NCBI GenBank assembly: GCA_964549095.1
Contig: CAZJUL010000001.1
Span: 1 to 32,589, forward strand
Reading direction: 5' to 3'
DNA length: 32,589 nucleotides
Origin: an uncultured Elusimicrobiaceae bacterium
GTDB taxonomy: Bacteria > Elusimicrobiota > Elusimicrobia > Elusimicrobiales > UBA9959
In this document: positions 23,846-31,430 of the stretch, in pieces
Layout: the number at the start of each line of letters is the position of its first letter
How positions within the stretch are numbered: position 1 is the first letter of the stretch
The notes under the pieces: model-generated
What the model saw: the letters and a program-made list of their open reading frames with translations, nothing else
Databases searched by the model: none
Told to the model about the DNA's origin: nothing
Translations under genes and position numbers: made by a program

Positions 23846-24883
23846 TCACGATTTTTTCTTTTTGGAATCCAACAGTTTGGTGACTTCACGGTCAAAGTCG
23901 GATTCAAGCTTGCGGTCTTGATTGATCCGGTATTTTTCATATTCGCTTTCGGCTAATGCCGTTGCGACTTCATGGCTGATCCTGCCGCTATCCCGCAGAA
24001 CTTCTCTTTCGTTAAAGCGCAGAAAGGCGTCCAATTTCTCTACCCAGTGTTTCATATACATCACAACACCCTTTTGCGCCTGCATTTCGGCATAGTCAAG
24101 ATACATCGTTACAATTCTATTCAACCCATCAAGCTCTTTTTCATTCAGATAATTCTTGGCAATACCGACATCGGTTTTCCGGATGGGTCCTTTGGGAGAA
24201 TTTTTCCAATTCGTGAGCCCCATATTGGATTCTCCGCTATTTACTCTGTTATGAATAATTTCCGCCGCGGTCTGGCCGGTTATCGCCCAGTGAAGTTTGT
24301 TCTGCACGGTGGCAAAAAACTGCCTGGTAATTTCCTCATCCGGATCATAGTCAGCGCTGCACTGGGCGTATATGTCGGTGACTTTTTGGTAGAATCTGCG
24401 CTCGCTGCTGCGGATATCGCGGATCCGCGCCAGTTGCTCTTCAAAATAATCCTTACCGAAGATATTACCCGGGTTTTTCAGCCGCGCATCGTCCATGGCA
24501 AAGCCCTTGATGATATACTCTTTGAGCACTTGTGTCGCCCAGATGCGAAAATGCGTCGCCTGCCTTGAGTTTACCCGGTAGCCCACGGAAATAATGGCAT
24601 CCAGATTGTAAAATTTGGTTGGATATCTCTTCCCGTCCGCGGCAGTTGTTTCCAAAATGGAAATAACTGAATCTTCCCGTAATTCTCCGGTTTCAAAGAT
24701 GTTTTTTAGATGTTTGTTTATAGCCGGAATGCCAACGGCAAAAAGATCGGCCATTCTCTTTTGCGTGAGCCATAAATTCTCATCGCGCAAAAATATCTCC
24801 ACTTTCACCTTGCCGCTCGGCGCGGTGTAGAGCAGGAATTCCGTGAATGTGTTCTGTTTTGCGATCTGTTTGTTCTTTTTCAT
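23846..24883 (-). CDS. rhuM: RhuM-family virulence/defence-island protein
   Basis: FLLYT...GKVKVEIFLRDENLWLTQKRMADLF, NLDAIISVGYRVNS..ATHFRIWAT.VLKEYIIKGF and ERRFYQKVTDIYA are the conserved RhuM blocks as I remember them. Size (345 aa) and position next to type I R-M genes are typical. Confidence 0.88.
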   Translation of the reverse strand: MKKNKQIAKQNTFTEFLLYTAPSGKVKVEIFLRDENLWLTQKRMADLFAVGIPAINKHLKNIFETGELREDSVISILETTAADGKRYPTKFYNLDAIISVGYRVNSRQATHFRIWATQVLKEYIIKGFAMDDARLKNPGNIFGKDYFEEQLARIRDIRSSERRFYQKVTDIYAQCSADYDPDEEITRQFFATVQNKLHWAITGQTAAEIIHNRVNSGESNMGLTNWKNSPKGPIRKTDVGIAKNYLNEKELDGLNRIVTMYLDYAEMQAQKGVVMYMKHWVEKLDAFLRFNEREVLRDSGRISHEVATALAESEYEKYRINQDRKLESDFDREVTKLLDSKKKKS

Positions 24884-24983
24884 AATTCCCCGCTTTAATC
24901 GTCAGCTCATTTGCGGCAAAAGCAACCTTCCTCTATACCCTGACCCGAACATTCAATCTTTCAATGTCAAGAATAGTCTGCAA

Positions 24984-25012
24984 CATGACCGCGACAGCAT
25001 CATGTCGCGGTG
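24984..25012. repeat. Copy 1 of a 29-bp element with a perfect 9-bp inverted repeat (ACCGCGACA-N6-TGTCGCGGT). Operator-like, ~100 nt upstream of rhuM.
   Basis: CATGACCGCGACAGCATCATGTCGCGGTG is identical to 28297..28325. Weaker similarity extends ~20 bp on the lower-coordinate side (AATAGT.TG.AA / AATAGT.T.AA). Confidence 0.7.
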
Positions 25013-25043
25013 GAAAAACAGTTTTTGTTGTACGCGCCCCGAT

Positions 25044-25262
25044 TCAGCTTTCGGGTTCAACGACCCTGCAAACATCCTTGCCGCATGTTTTGCATTTACC
25101 TTTAAGGATCAGAACTTTACTTTCTATTTCCGCAGTCTCCAGGACAATTTGAACGGCGGTGCAACAATTGCCGCACCACACATTGGCCAGGATCTTTTCC
25201 TGTACCTCCCGGGGAATCCGTTTCCATCGCCGCGCAGCCGCAGGCGTAAATTGATCAGTCAT
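25044..25262 (-). CDS. Small (72 aa) zinc-ribbon protein, function unknown
   Basis: Same strand as all neighbours and fills the gap between fic and rhuM. Two Cys pairs (CGNCC ... CKTCGKDVC) are spaced as in a zinc ribbon. I recognise no homology. Confidence 0.45.
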   Translation of the reverse strand: MTDQFTPAAARRWKRIPREVQEKILANVWCGNCCTAVQIVLETAEIESKVLILKGKCKTCGKDVCRVVEPES

Positions 25263-25385
25263 TTGTCATTTCTTCTTTATTAAACACGATATTTTATGCT
25301 CATCAAGCGCTTTTAATAAAACAAGATATCATCAATGGTGGCTAGCCCCATTTCCTATCTTCCCCGTAAAAATGTCATAAGCCGC

Positions 25386-25429
25386 GTCGCGAGTTTGTCG
25401 CTAGTTGTGTCGCTAGTTTGTCGCTAGTT
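25386..25429. repeat. Four tandem direct repeats GTCGC(G/T)AGTT with 11-12 bp spacing; candidate operator or iteron
   Basis: Units at 25386..25395 (GTCGCGAGTT), 25397..25406, 25409..25418 and 25420..25429 (all GTCGCTAGTT). They lie 8 nt downstream of the fic stop and 124-176 nt upstream of the zinc-ribbon ORF start. Confidence 0.7.
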
Positions 25430-25437
25430 TCAGGCTT

Positions 25438-26475
25438 TTATTTTACCAGCCGATAGTAAAGGCGGTTTGTCGCCCCTTCCGGCGCCAACAGTCCCTTTTC
25501 AACCAATTCCTTTAACTCCCGCTGAAGCGTTCTGCGGCTGATACCGCTGCAATAAACTTCAAAATCCTGGATTGTCAATCCACCATGGGCCAAGGCGTGT
25601 TTAATGGCCAGCATTTGCCTCTTGCTAAATTCATGCTTATGGGAAAGAACATCCAGCCTGATAATGTGCTCGCCGCGTTCCTGGACTTCGCGCATCTGCG
25701 TTGCCAAGCCTTCCACAAAGTATTCAAGCCAGCAGGTGATATCCAGCTTGTTTTCTCTTACGCTTTGCAACGCCTTGTAAAAAGGCGCGCGGTTGCGGTC
25801 ATAGTATTCGCTGATCGTGAACAATCGCTTAAAGTCATATCCTTTTCTGTAAAGGCACAATGTGGACAAAAGCCTGGATGAACGCCCATTCCCGTCAATG
25901 AACGGATGAATATGAACCAGTTGAAATTGGGCGACGCCGGACTCCAGCACGGGATTAACGCCATGCTCCGACCTAAGCCACGCAATAAGCTCCGCCATCA
26001 TTTTAGGAACGTCGTGCGGAGGCGGCGGGGTATAAATTGTTTGGCCGGTTTTGGAATTGACGACATAATTCTGGACTTTCCGGTATTCTCCCGGAGATGC
26101 TTTGTCGCCGCGGACTCCCTGGACCAGACGTTTATGTATTTCGCGGATAAGCCCTTCCGTTATCACCTCTCCGCTGTCCAGATATTCCGTCACCAGGTCA
26201 AAAGCGCCACGGTAATTTAAGAGTTCCCGTGTATCATCCGGATCGGCGCCGGGAACCTTCTTGCCCGCCATAAGCTTTTGGGACTGCTCAAGCGTAAGAT
26301 GTGTGCCTTCAATATGCGTGGTGTGGTGAGCCTCCAGAACCAGGGCGCGATTTTGCATTTCAGAGATCCAATCCTTTGAAAGCTTGGCCGCATCCAGGAA
26401 GCCGCGCGCGCGTTCTATTTTTGTGAGACCGGCGGCAATGGCGTTAGTAATTGTAAATTTAGGCAAAAAAGCCAT
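25438..26475 (-). CDS. fic: Fic-family protein (class II, with an internal inhibitory helix motif) and a C-terminal winged-helix-like domain
   Basis: Canonical Fic motif [16 protein letters not shown] (HxFx(D/E)GNGRxxR). TTHIEG upstream matches (S/T)xxxE(G/N). The C-terminus [20 protein letters not shown] looks like a wHTH. A strong SD GGAGGAGG (26483..26490) lies 7 nt upstream of the ATG. Confidence 0.92.
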   Translation of the reverse strand: MAFLPKFTITNAIAAGLTKIERARGFLDAAKLSKDWISEMQNRALVLEAHHTTHIEGTHLTLEQSQKLMAGKKVPGADPDDTRELLNYRGAFDLVTEYLDSGEVITEGLIREIHKRLVQGVRGDKASPGEYRKVQNYVVNSKTGQTIYTPPPPHDVPKMMAELIAWLRSEHGVNPVLESGVAQFQLVHIHPFIDGNGRSSRLLSTLCLYRKGYDFKRLFTISEYYDRNRAPFYKALQSVRENKLDITCWLEYFVEGLATQMREVQERGEHIIRLDVLSHKHEFSKRQMLAIKHALAHGGLTIQDFEVYCSGISRRTLQRELKELVEKGLLAPEGATNRLYYRLVK

Positions 26476-26602
26476 AACAAGACCTCCTCCGCTTATCGGG
26501 CAAATTTTCAGTCATAACATCTCTCCGAATAAAAAGCAGTCTGTTCCCTGATTTCAAACCGGTCAAACCCCCTTACATTTAAGCGTTTAATCAACGTCCC
26601 GC

Positions 26603-27397
26603 CTATCCCCTATCTTTCCATGTGTCATATTGATCATCAGCATACATGATGTCATTGAAACAATTTTTGCAAAAGACATGATCCTCATCACTATCCGGCT
26701 CTGTTGCAGTTTCACATTCAGACTCAAAAAACAAGTTTTTGCACTGCTCACACTCTAAAAGAGACTCATGATGATCACATAGTTGACATCGTTCATCATC
26801 CAGACTAAACGTGTACTCACCACATGCTGGACAAGTATCTGCCGGGGTTTTCTCTCGTATAAATTTTTCTGCAATCACTTTCCCGTGCGCCTCACGAAAT
26901 TCAACAATTTCAATTAGCTCACGCCAACTATCATCCGCTCTAAATTCTTTTTCCAAGTCGATTGCAAGGTGAGTTTTAGAAAAATCAAGGATAAACGATA
27001 ACAACCGCCCAACAATTCCTTTAGCTTCTGCTTCATTTAGCTGAAACTCGCAATGTTCAATCCTGTTTCTAAGTTTTCGACATGCCTTCAGTGTTTCCAG
27101 GTCACCTTTCGGAAGACAGATATTACATATCTTATGCAACCGTAGTGCGGCTTCCTCCGCACCAACAGTCCGAGCATCCATAGATGGGTAATCATCCACC
27201 TTAATCCAAATTAGGGCAGGATGCTCCCGCCTAAGCCGTTCTTTCAAAAGAAGCTCAACAACGTGGGCCACTTCCCTCACAGCTATTTTCCACTTACTCG
27301 GAGATTTGTCTTCTGTGTTTGAAATATGCGCTACAGCATGTGCGAGAGAATCTTTTGCGTTCGCAACCAGATCAAACTTTGTTGTCTTAGAGGTCAT
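26603..27397 (-). CDS. Hypothetical protein with an Rx4H (HEPN-like) motif and a C-terminal double zinc ribbon
   Basis: 264-aa ORF. The motif KACRKLRNRIEHCEF (RNRIEH at nt 27053..27070) follows helical-looking segments (AKDSLAHAVAHIS, VAHVVELLLKERL). Four CxxC pairs (CPAC, CQLC, CEQC, CKNC) fall in the last ~70 aa. Its ATG overlaps the upstream stop (ATGA at 27394..27397). Confidence 0.7.
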   Translation of the reverse strand: MTSKTTKFDLVANAKDSLAHAVAHISNTEDKSPSKWKIAVREVAHVVELLLKERLRREHPALIWIKVDDYPSMDARTVGAEEAALRLHKICNICLPKGDLETLKACRKLRNRIEHCEFQLNEAEAKGIVGRLLSFILDFSKTHLAIDLEKEFRADDSWRELIEIVEFREAHGKVIAEKFIREKTPADTCPACGEYTFSLDDERCQLCDHHESLLECEQCKNLFFESECETATEPDSDEDHVFCKNCFNDIMYADDQYDTWKDRG

Positions 27398-28167
27398 AAA
27401 ATCAACTTGTGATCTTGGGGATCTATTTGACCTTTATGGAGAAGGTGCCTGCCACTTTTTGCCTTAGTGGAAGGTGCCATTTCGCAACACAAGTTATCAA
27501 CAAGCTTGTTTAGATCTTTTTTTACTTGTCTTGCAACCCGTATCCCCTTGCCCGCAGACAACGCCACATCTTTAGCCATCACTGCTAAATCATCATTTTT
27601 GCGAGCACGTTTTTTGAAGCGTTTAAAAACAAGCTTAGTCTTTTCAATGGTATCATCAATGCTATTTGGATACCATCCTAGTAACTTTTTAATAGAACTC
27701 CTTACTTGTTGTTTGTTTTTAATTGGCCCAGGAACATCTTTATAGGAAACTTCATAAAAATACTGGTTAAACTGATTATTCAACACGTATGCCCATTCAA
27801 TTGCTTTCTCAGATTCGAAAAACTCACGAAAACGTGCATCAATCATGCTTTTTTGGTAATGGAACACCGCGTTTCGGAGACGTCTCAATTTTTGAATGGT
27901 TCCTGGATGAGATTTAATTAAGGCATCAATTCGGGGATCGTAGAATTTTATTTCTTGCCACCCCTCAATCACGATATAAAGGTTCGCATAGTATGGGAAC
28001 CAATATTTATACCATGTGGGAAGCGAGACATTCCCCTTCGATTTTGACTCCAGCATTTTTCTTGCGACATCACAGCGCGCAAGATATATTCCCCACGCGC
28101 ATAACTTCTCAAAGGATATTCGAGTTCCCTTTGCCGGCCAATCAAGATTGCTTTTGTTGTTTAGCAT
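27394..28167 (-). CDS. Hypothetical protein with an Rx4H (HEPN-like) motif and a basic C-terminal half
   Basis: 257-aa ORF with motif IQKLRRLRNAVFHYQK (RNAVFH at nt 27859..27876). The C-terminal region is Lys/Arg-rich (KTKLVFKRFKKRARKND). It is translationally coupled to the downstream gene. I recognise no family beyond the motif. Confidence 0.65.
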   Translation of the reverse strand: MLNNKSNLDWPAKGTRISFEKLCAWGIYLARCDVARKMLESKSKGNVSLPTWYKYWFPYYANLYIVIEGWQEIKFYDPRIDALIKSHPGTIQKLRRLRNAVFHYQKSMIDARFREFFESEKAIEWAYVLNNQFNQYFYEVSYKDVPGPIKNKQQVRSSIKKLLGWYPNSIDDTIEKTKLVFKRFKKRARKNDDLAVMAKDVALSAGKGIRVARQVKKDLNKLVDNLCCEMAPSTKAKSGRHLLHKGQIDPQDHKLIL

Positions 28168-28197
28168 GGCATACCTATTGTACAGAAAAGTCTCCTG

Positions 28198-28260
28198 CTA
28201 CCTTTTGCCTCGAACCTTAGCGCGGTGTATGATGATGTTGGTGTCAAAAAGCGCTTTCAT
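28198..28260 (-). pseudogene. Possible 21-codon remnant of a PIN-domain (VapC-like) toxin gene
   Basis: My translation gives MKALFDTNIIIHRAKVRGKR*. The M..LFDTN(I/V)(I/L)I start is characteristic of PIN-domain N-termini, including the first catalytic Asp. The frame stops after 21 codons, 30 nt before the 28167 start. Confidence 0.3.
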
Positions 28261-28296
28261 AAGAATTCCGGTCAAATCGTCTTAAATAGTGTAAAG

Positions 28297-28325
28297 CATG
28301 ACCGCGACAGCATCATGTCGCGGTG
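28297..28325. repeat. Copy 2 of the 29-bp palindromic element, upstream of the PIN remnant and HEPN-like pair
   Basis: CATGACCGCGACAGCATCATGTCGCGGTG is identical to 24984..25012. It lies in the 203-bp gap between the SEC-C/TPR gene stop (28371) and the 28167 start. Confidence 0.7.
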
Positions 28326-28370
28326 AAAAATTGATTATGCGCCATATTCAACAAGCCCATCGGCAGCGTT

Positions 28371-29825
28371 TTATTCATTTAGTTCCTTTTTCCGGTGCAG
28401 GGCTTGTTCTTTGGGCTTTATGATTTCATTTAGATTTATACCAATGCCACAAAAGTTTGGTTGAAGCACCACGTATTTGGAGATGAAAGTCCGAGCTTTA
28501 CCCAGTATTGATAAATTTTGATTTTGCGTTGAAAAATTCGATAGGAGAGCCCTTGTGGAATTTATTAGAAGTTGGAGATACGGACCAGAAGCCTTAATCG
28601 CCTCAAGTTCTGCTTGTGATTCTTTTGCGAGAGTGCGGTCATTTCTAATTACTGCGATATGTACTTTATAAGTTAGATAGTCGATTTTTAACGGCTCCGG
28701 GAGGGCGTTATACTTTATATGCAATAATGCTTCATAGGATTCATCTGTTTTCTTTATAACAAGCAACTCTTGCGCTAAATCGAGCCAGTACACTGGTTGT
28801 TGATGCTTTTTTATTGCACAGTGTAAGGAGTCTATAGACTTTACATGATCCCCCAGCCCTGCATAAGCGTGAGATATAAGATAATGGAGTGATGCCTCAT
28901 AGTCAGGGTCAAGGGATTGTTCCTTGAGCGCTTCTGCACAAACAGTTATTGCGCGATGGTGATATTTATTTTCTTCAAGTGCCACAGCCGATATATGATA
29001 AGCCTCTGCTATGCTTTGGATAGTTGCTCTATCCGCTGGATTAATATTCTCTGGATACAATGTTTTAATGACATCCAAAAGACTTGTCGCCGCTGATTTA
29101 GCTAATGCTGCATCATCCTGAAGAAGCGCCACTCGAATTTTCTTTGTTAAGAGGTCAACCCTTTGAAATGGTGATATGTCCTGGCCAAGAATCTTTTCCA
29201 GGATCATTAGGGCGATATGTGCAGGGAGATTGCAGTATTCTTGATCCAGAAACATACTAAGTGACATTATTCCAGTAGCTGTCATCGGAACACTTTCAAT
29301 GACTGAGATACCATGTATATCCAGTAACCCATGCTTAATAGATTTGTTGCTTTTAGGCATAGTCCAAAATGCTTTTTGGCAGTCAACATAGAAGCAATAA
29401 ATCGGGCTAATCTTGAAAGCGGCAAGTTGTCTGAACACAACAATTATCTTTTTATCTTTCCCGAGTTTATGAAGGGTTTTGGACAAAGAAAGAGCAATTC
29501 CAATAATGGCTTCTATATCTACAGGTAATATCCATTCAGCCGCTTTTGGCTCATGCTGCAATAACGGCTCTGTATGCTCTTTGTACCATATCAGGTATTG
29601 TGTCAGGTGGGCTCTAAAATACTTTTCAGCCTCGGAATAATTCCGCCTTTTAAAACATTCCTCTGCTTGCCTCAAAAGATCTTCACCACTGTGCTTTTTG
29701 TCGATTAGTGGTGCGCAACATCTCTTATATTTTTCCTCGCTCCCGCATAAACACAATTGTTTCCGCCCAGGACGGTAGTGTTTTTTGAACCTGGCAATCT
29801 TTTTAAGTGTTTCCTGGGTCAACAT
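28371..29825 (-). CDS. SEC-C motif protein with a long TPR-like helical repeat region
   Basis: N-terminal CLCGSEEKYKRCCAP (nt ~29709..29757) is the SEC-C metal-binding motif (CxCGSxxKYKxCC). The rest is helical with TPR-like units (LLRQAEECFKRRNYSEAEKYFRAHL; SLHYLISHAYAGLGDHVKSIDSLHCAIK). I prefer ATG 29825. The track's TTG at 29837, directly abutting the hsdS stop, is the alternative. Confidence 0.75.
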   Translation of the reverse strand: MLTQETLKKIARFKKHYRPGRKQLCLCGSEEKYKRCCAPLIDKKHSGEDLLRQAEECFKRRNYSEAEKYFRAHLTQYLIWYKEHTEPLLQHEPKAAEWILPVDIEAIIGIALSLSKTLHKLGKDKKIIVVFRQLAAFKISPIYCFYVDCQKAFWTMPKSNKSIKHGLLDIHGISVIESVPMTATGIMSLSMFLDQEYCNLPAHIALMILEKILGQDISPFQRVDLLTKKIRVALLQDDAALAKSAATSLLDVIKTLYPENINPADRATIQSIAEAYHISAVALEENKYHHRAITVCAEALKEQSLDPDYEASLHYLISHAYAGLGDHVKSIDSLHCAIKKHQQPVYWLDLAQELLVIKKTDESYEALLHIKYNALPEPLKIDYLTYKVHIAVIRNDRTLAKESQAELEAIKASGPYLQLLINSTRALLSNFSTQNQNLSILGKARTFISKYVVLQPNFCGIGINLNEIIKPKEQALHRKKELNE

Positions 29826-29837
29826 AGTGATAGCCAA

Positions 29838-31430
29838 CTACTGCGCTTTAGTGCGTGGAGACATATTCTCCGCGACAGGAGAATTAAAAGCTTCGCGCAA
29901 AACTGATTGCATAAGCATTTCGGAATGATTTGTGCGCTCTAAGACATATTCTGTTAGCCTATTAACGACTAACAAGATTTTATCAACTCGATCAATTATC
30001 ACTTGTTGTTCAGATAGCGGTGGCAAAGGAAGAAGAATATATTCCAAATCGGTAAGTCTAAAGCTGTTTTTAATCCCACGTTGTGGGGAATCGAATTGTC
30101 TCCGGGCAAATGATGACAAAAATAATTTAGGGATGAATGTCCCACGCATGATAGCTGTTAAACGTACAACGGCCGTATGTTGATTCACATAGGCTTCTCC
30201 AAAACCCTCTGGGACCAACCCCATCCATCCGATATCGCCGGTAATAGACACAAGTATGTCTTCTTTTATTAACGCTGTCCTGGTACCTTCTCCTGTTTTA
30301 GGTGGATCAACATACTGGATATCTTCCAGCTTAAGCAGATACCCATCATGAGATAAGTCACCCATACGAACAAATTTAGCCCGGCCGTCACTGTTATAAT
30401 ATTTCGCCCAGTCTCTTGATCCGCTGGTAATCAATTCAGATATTTCACCCAGACGGCACCAAGTCCAGCCTTCCGGCAATGGGAACGGCTTTTCGGCTTC
30501 GGTTATTGGGGGCAGGTTTTTTTCTTTTTTAAGTTTGCCTTGCTGAATTAGCCGGGCTTTTTCGGATTTGATTTTTTCCAGAAGTTTTGAGGCGTGGTTT
30601 TCGCCGGTGATCAGAGCGGGGTTCTTTTTGCGCCAGTCGGCGGTCAGTTTGCCTTCAATGGCGTCTTGCAGGATTTGCTGGCGCAGTTGAGCTAACAAGA
30701 GAAACTGTTGTTGAAAATTAGAAGCAGATTCGTTTATTAATCTATCTGCTACAAAGAATTTTAAAAAAATATCACCATTGAGGTAAAATTCTTTTAACCG
30801 CTCGGTGCTTGGTGGTATTTTATTTTTCCATGATTCAAGCAGAAAGTTTAAAAATTTTATGATTCTGATTTGTTCATTAATCTCAACACGCTTAAATGGA
30901 AGCCTCAGTAATTTTGATTGATTTATAATAGGCAAAGTGGTTTTTGAATGATCCGCTTGCAGTAATTCCCTGTGAGATAAAAAAAAGAAATATGCATATT
31001 CCGGCAACACGTTTTCGGAAAGAGAAACACCTGTTATTTGTTGATTTGAACACCCCTCGCGCGTTAATATCCCTACCCGCCCGATATCCCCAATGCAATT
31101 AATTAGGATTGCCCCCTTTTTATATAGGGTTGCTTTATTGTCATTTATCGCAGATTTTGATATTTTCTTGCTGGCGGAACAGAGGTGCATTTCCCTTCCG
31201 ATATCACTTGGTCTATACCAGTCAATATCTGCACTTTCGTAATATTGCCTAAGGGTTGTCGGTGGGGTCTTCCCAGTTTTAATATCAACAATAAAATTTC
31301 TAAGCGGTTTTGCTTCTATTTGACTCAAAACAATATCAAAAATATATTTCGCCGCTAGTCCGATCGGACTGCGTTCTAATATCCGATAGCTTTCGGCCGG
31401 AGTCGTGTCTTGCGTTGAGGAATTACTCAT
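29838..31430 (-). CDS. hsdS: Type I restriction-modification specificity subunit HsdS
   Basis: Two target-recognition halves separated by a helical spacer (LAQLRQQILQDAIEGKLTADWRKKNP...LLEKIKSEKARLIQQGKLKKEK). The C-terminal conserved region is LPLPPLSEQQVIIDRVDKIL...MLMQSVLREAF. Its ATG overlaps the hsdM stop (ATGAGTAA, 31423..31430). Confidence 0.9.
   Translation of the reverse strand: MSNSSTQDTTPAESYRILERSPIGLAAKYIFDIVLSQIEAKPLRNFIVDIKTGKTPPTTLRQYYESADIDWYRPSDIGREMHLCSASKKISKSAINDNKATLYKKGAILINCIGDIGRVGILTREGCSNQQITGVSLSENVLPEYAYFFFLSHRELLQADHSKTTLPIINQSKLLRLPFKRVEINEQIRIIKFLNFLLESWKNKIPPSTERLKEFYLNGDIFLKFFVADRLINESASNFQQQFLLLAQLRQQILQDAIEGKLTADWRKKNPALITGENHASKLLEKIKSEKARLIQQGKLKKEKNLPPITEAEKPFPLPEGWTWCRLGEISELITSGSRDWAKYYNSDGRAKFVRMGDLSHDGYLLKLEDIQYVDPPKTGEGTRTALIKEDILVSITGDIGWMGLVPEGFGEAYVNQHTAVVRLTAIMRGTFIPKLFLSSFARRQFDSPQRGIKNSFRLTDLEYILLPLPPLSEQQVIIDRVDKILLVVNRLTEYVLERTNHSEMLMQSVLREAFNSPVAENMSPRTKAQ

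Noticed and set aside
24984-25012. The 29-bp hairpins (also 28297..28325) as rho-independent terminators
   Set aside because: Neither strand has a U/T tract immediately 3' of the stem. The A5 run follows the stem on the plus strand, which carries no genes here, so on the coding (minus) strand the T-run precedes the stem. Operator or recombination-site interpretations fit better.
25386-25429. A mini CRISPR array or CRISPR remnant
   Set aside because: The units are only 10 bp with 1-2 bp between them, so there are no spacers. No cas genes or leader are present.
27467-28285. Plus-strand ORFs inside the HEPN-like gene region (27467..27745, 27706..27921, 27993..28220, 28016..28285)
   Set aside because: They are short, antisense to well-supported minus-strand ORFs, rich in Leu/Phe/Ser from AT-rich antisense codons, and have no motifs.
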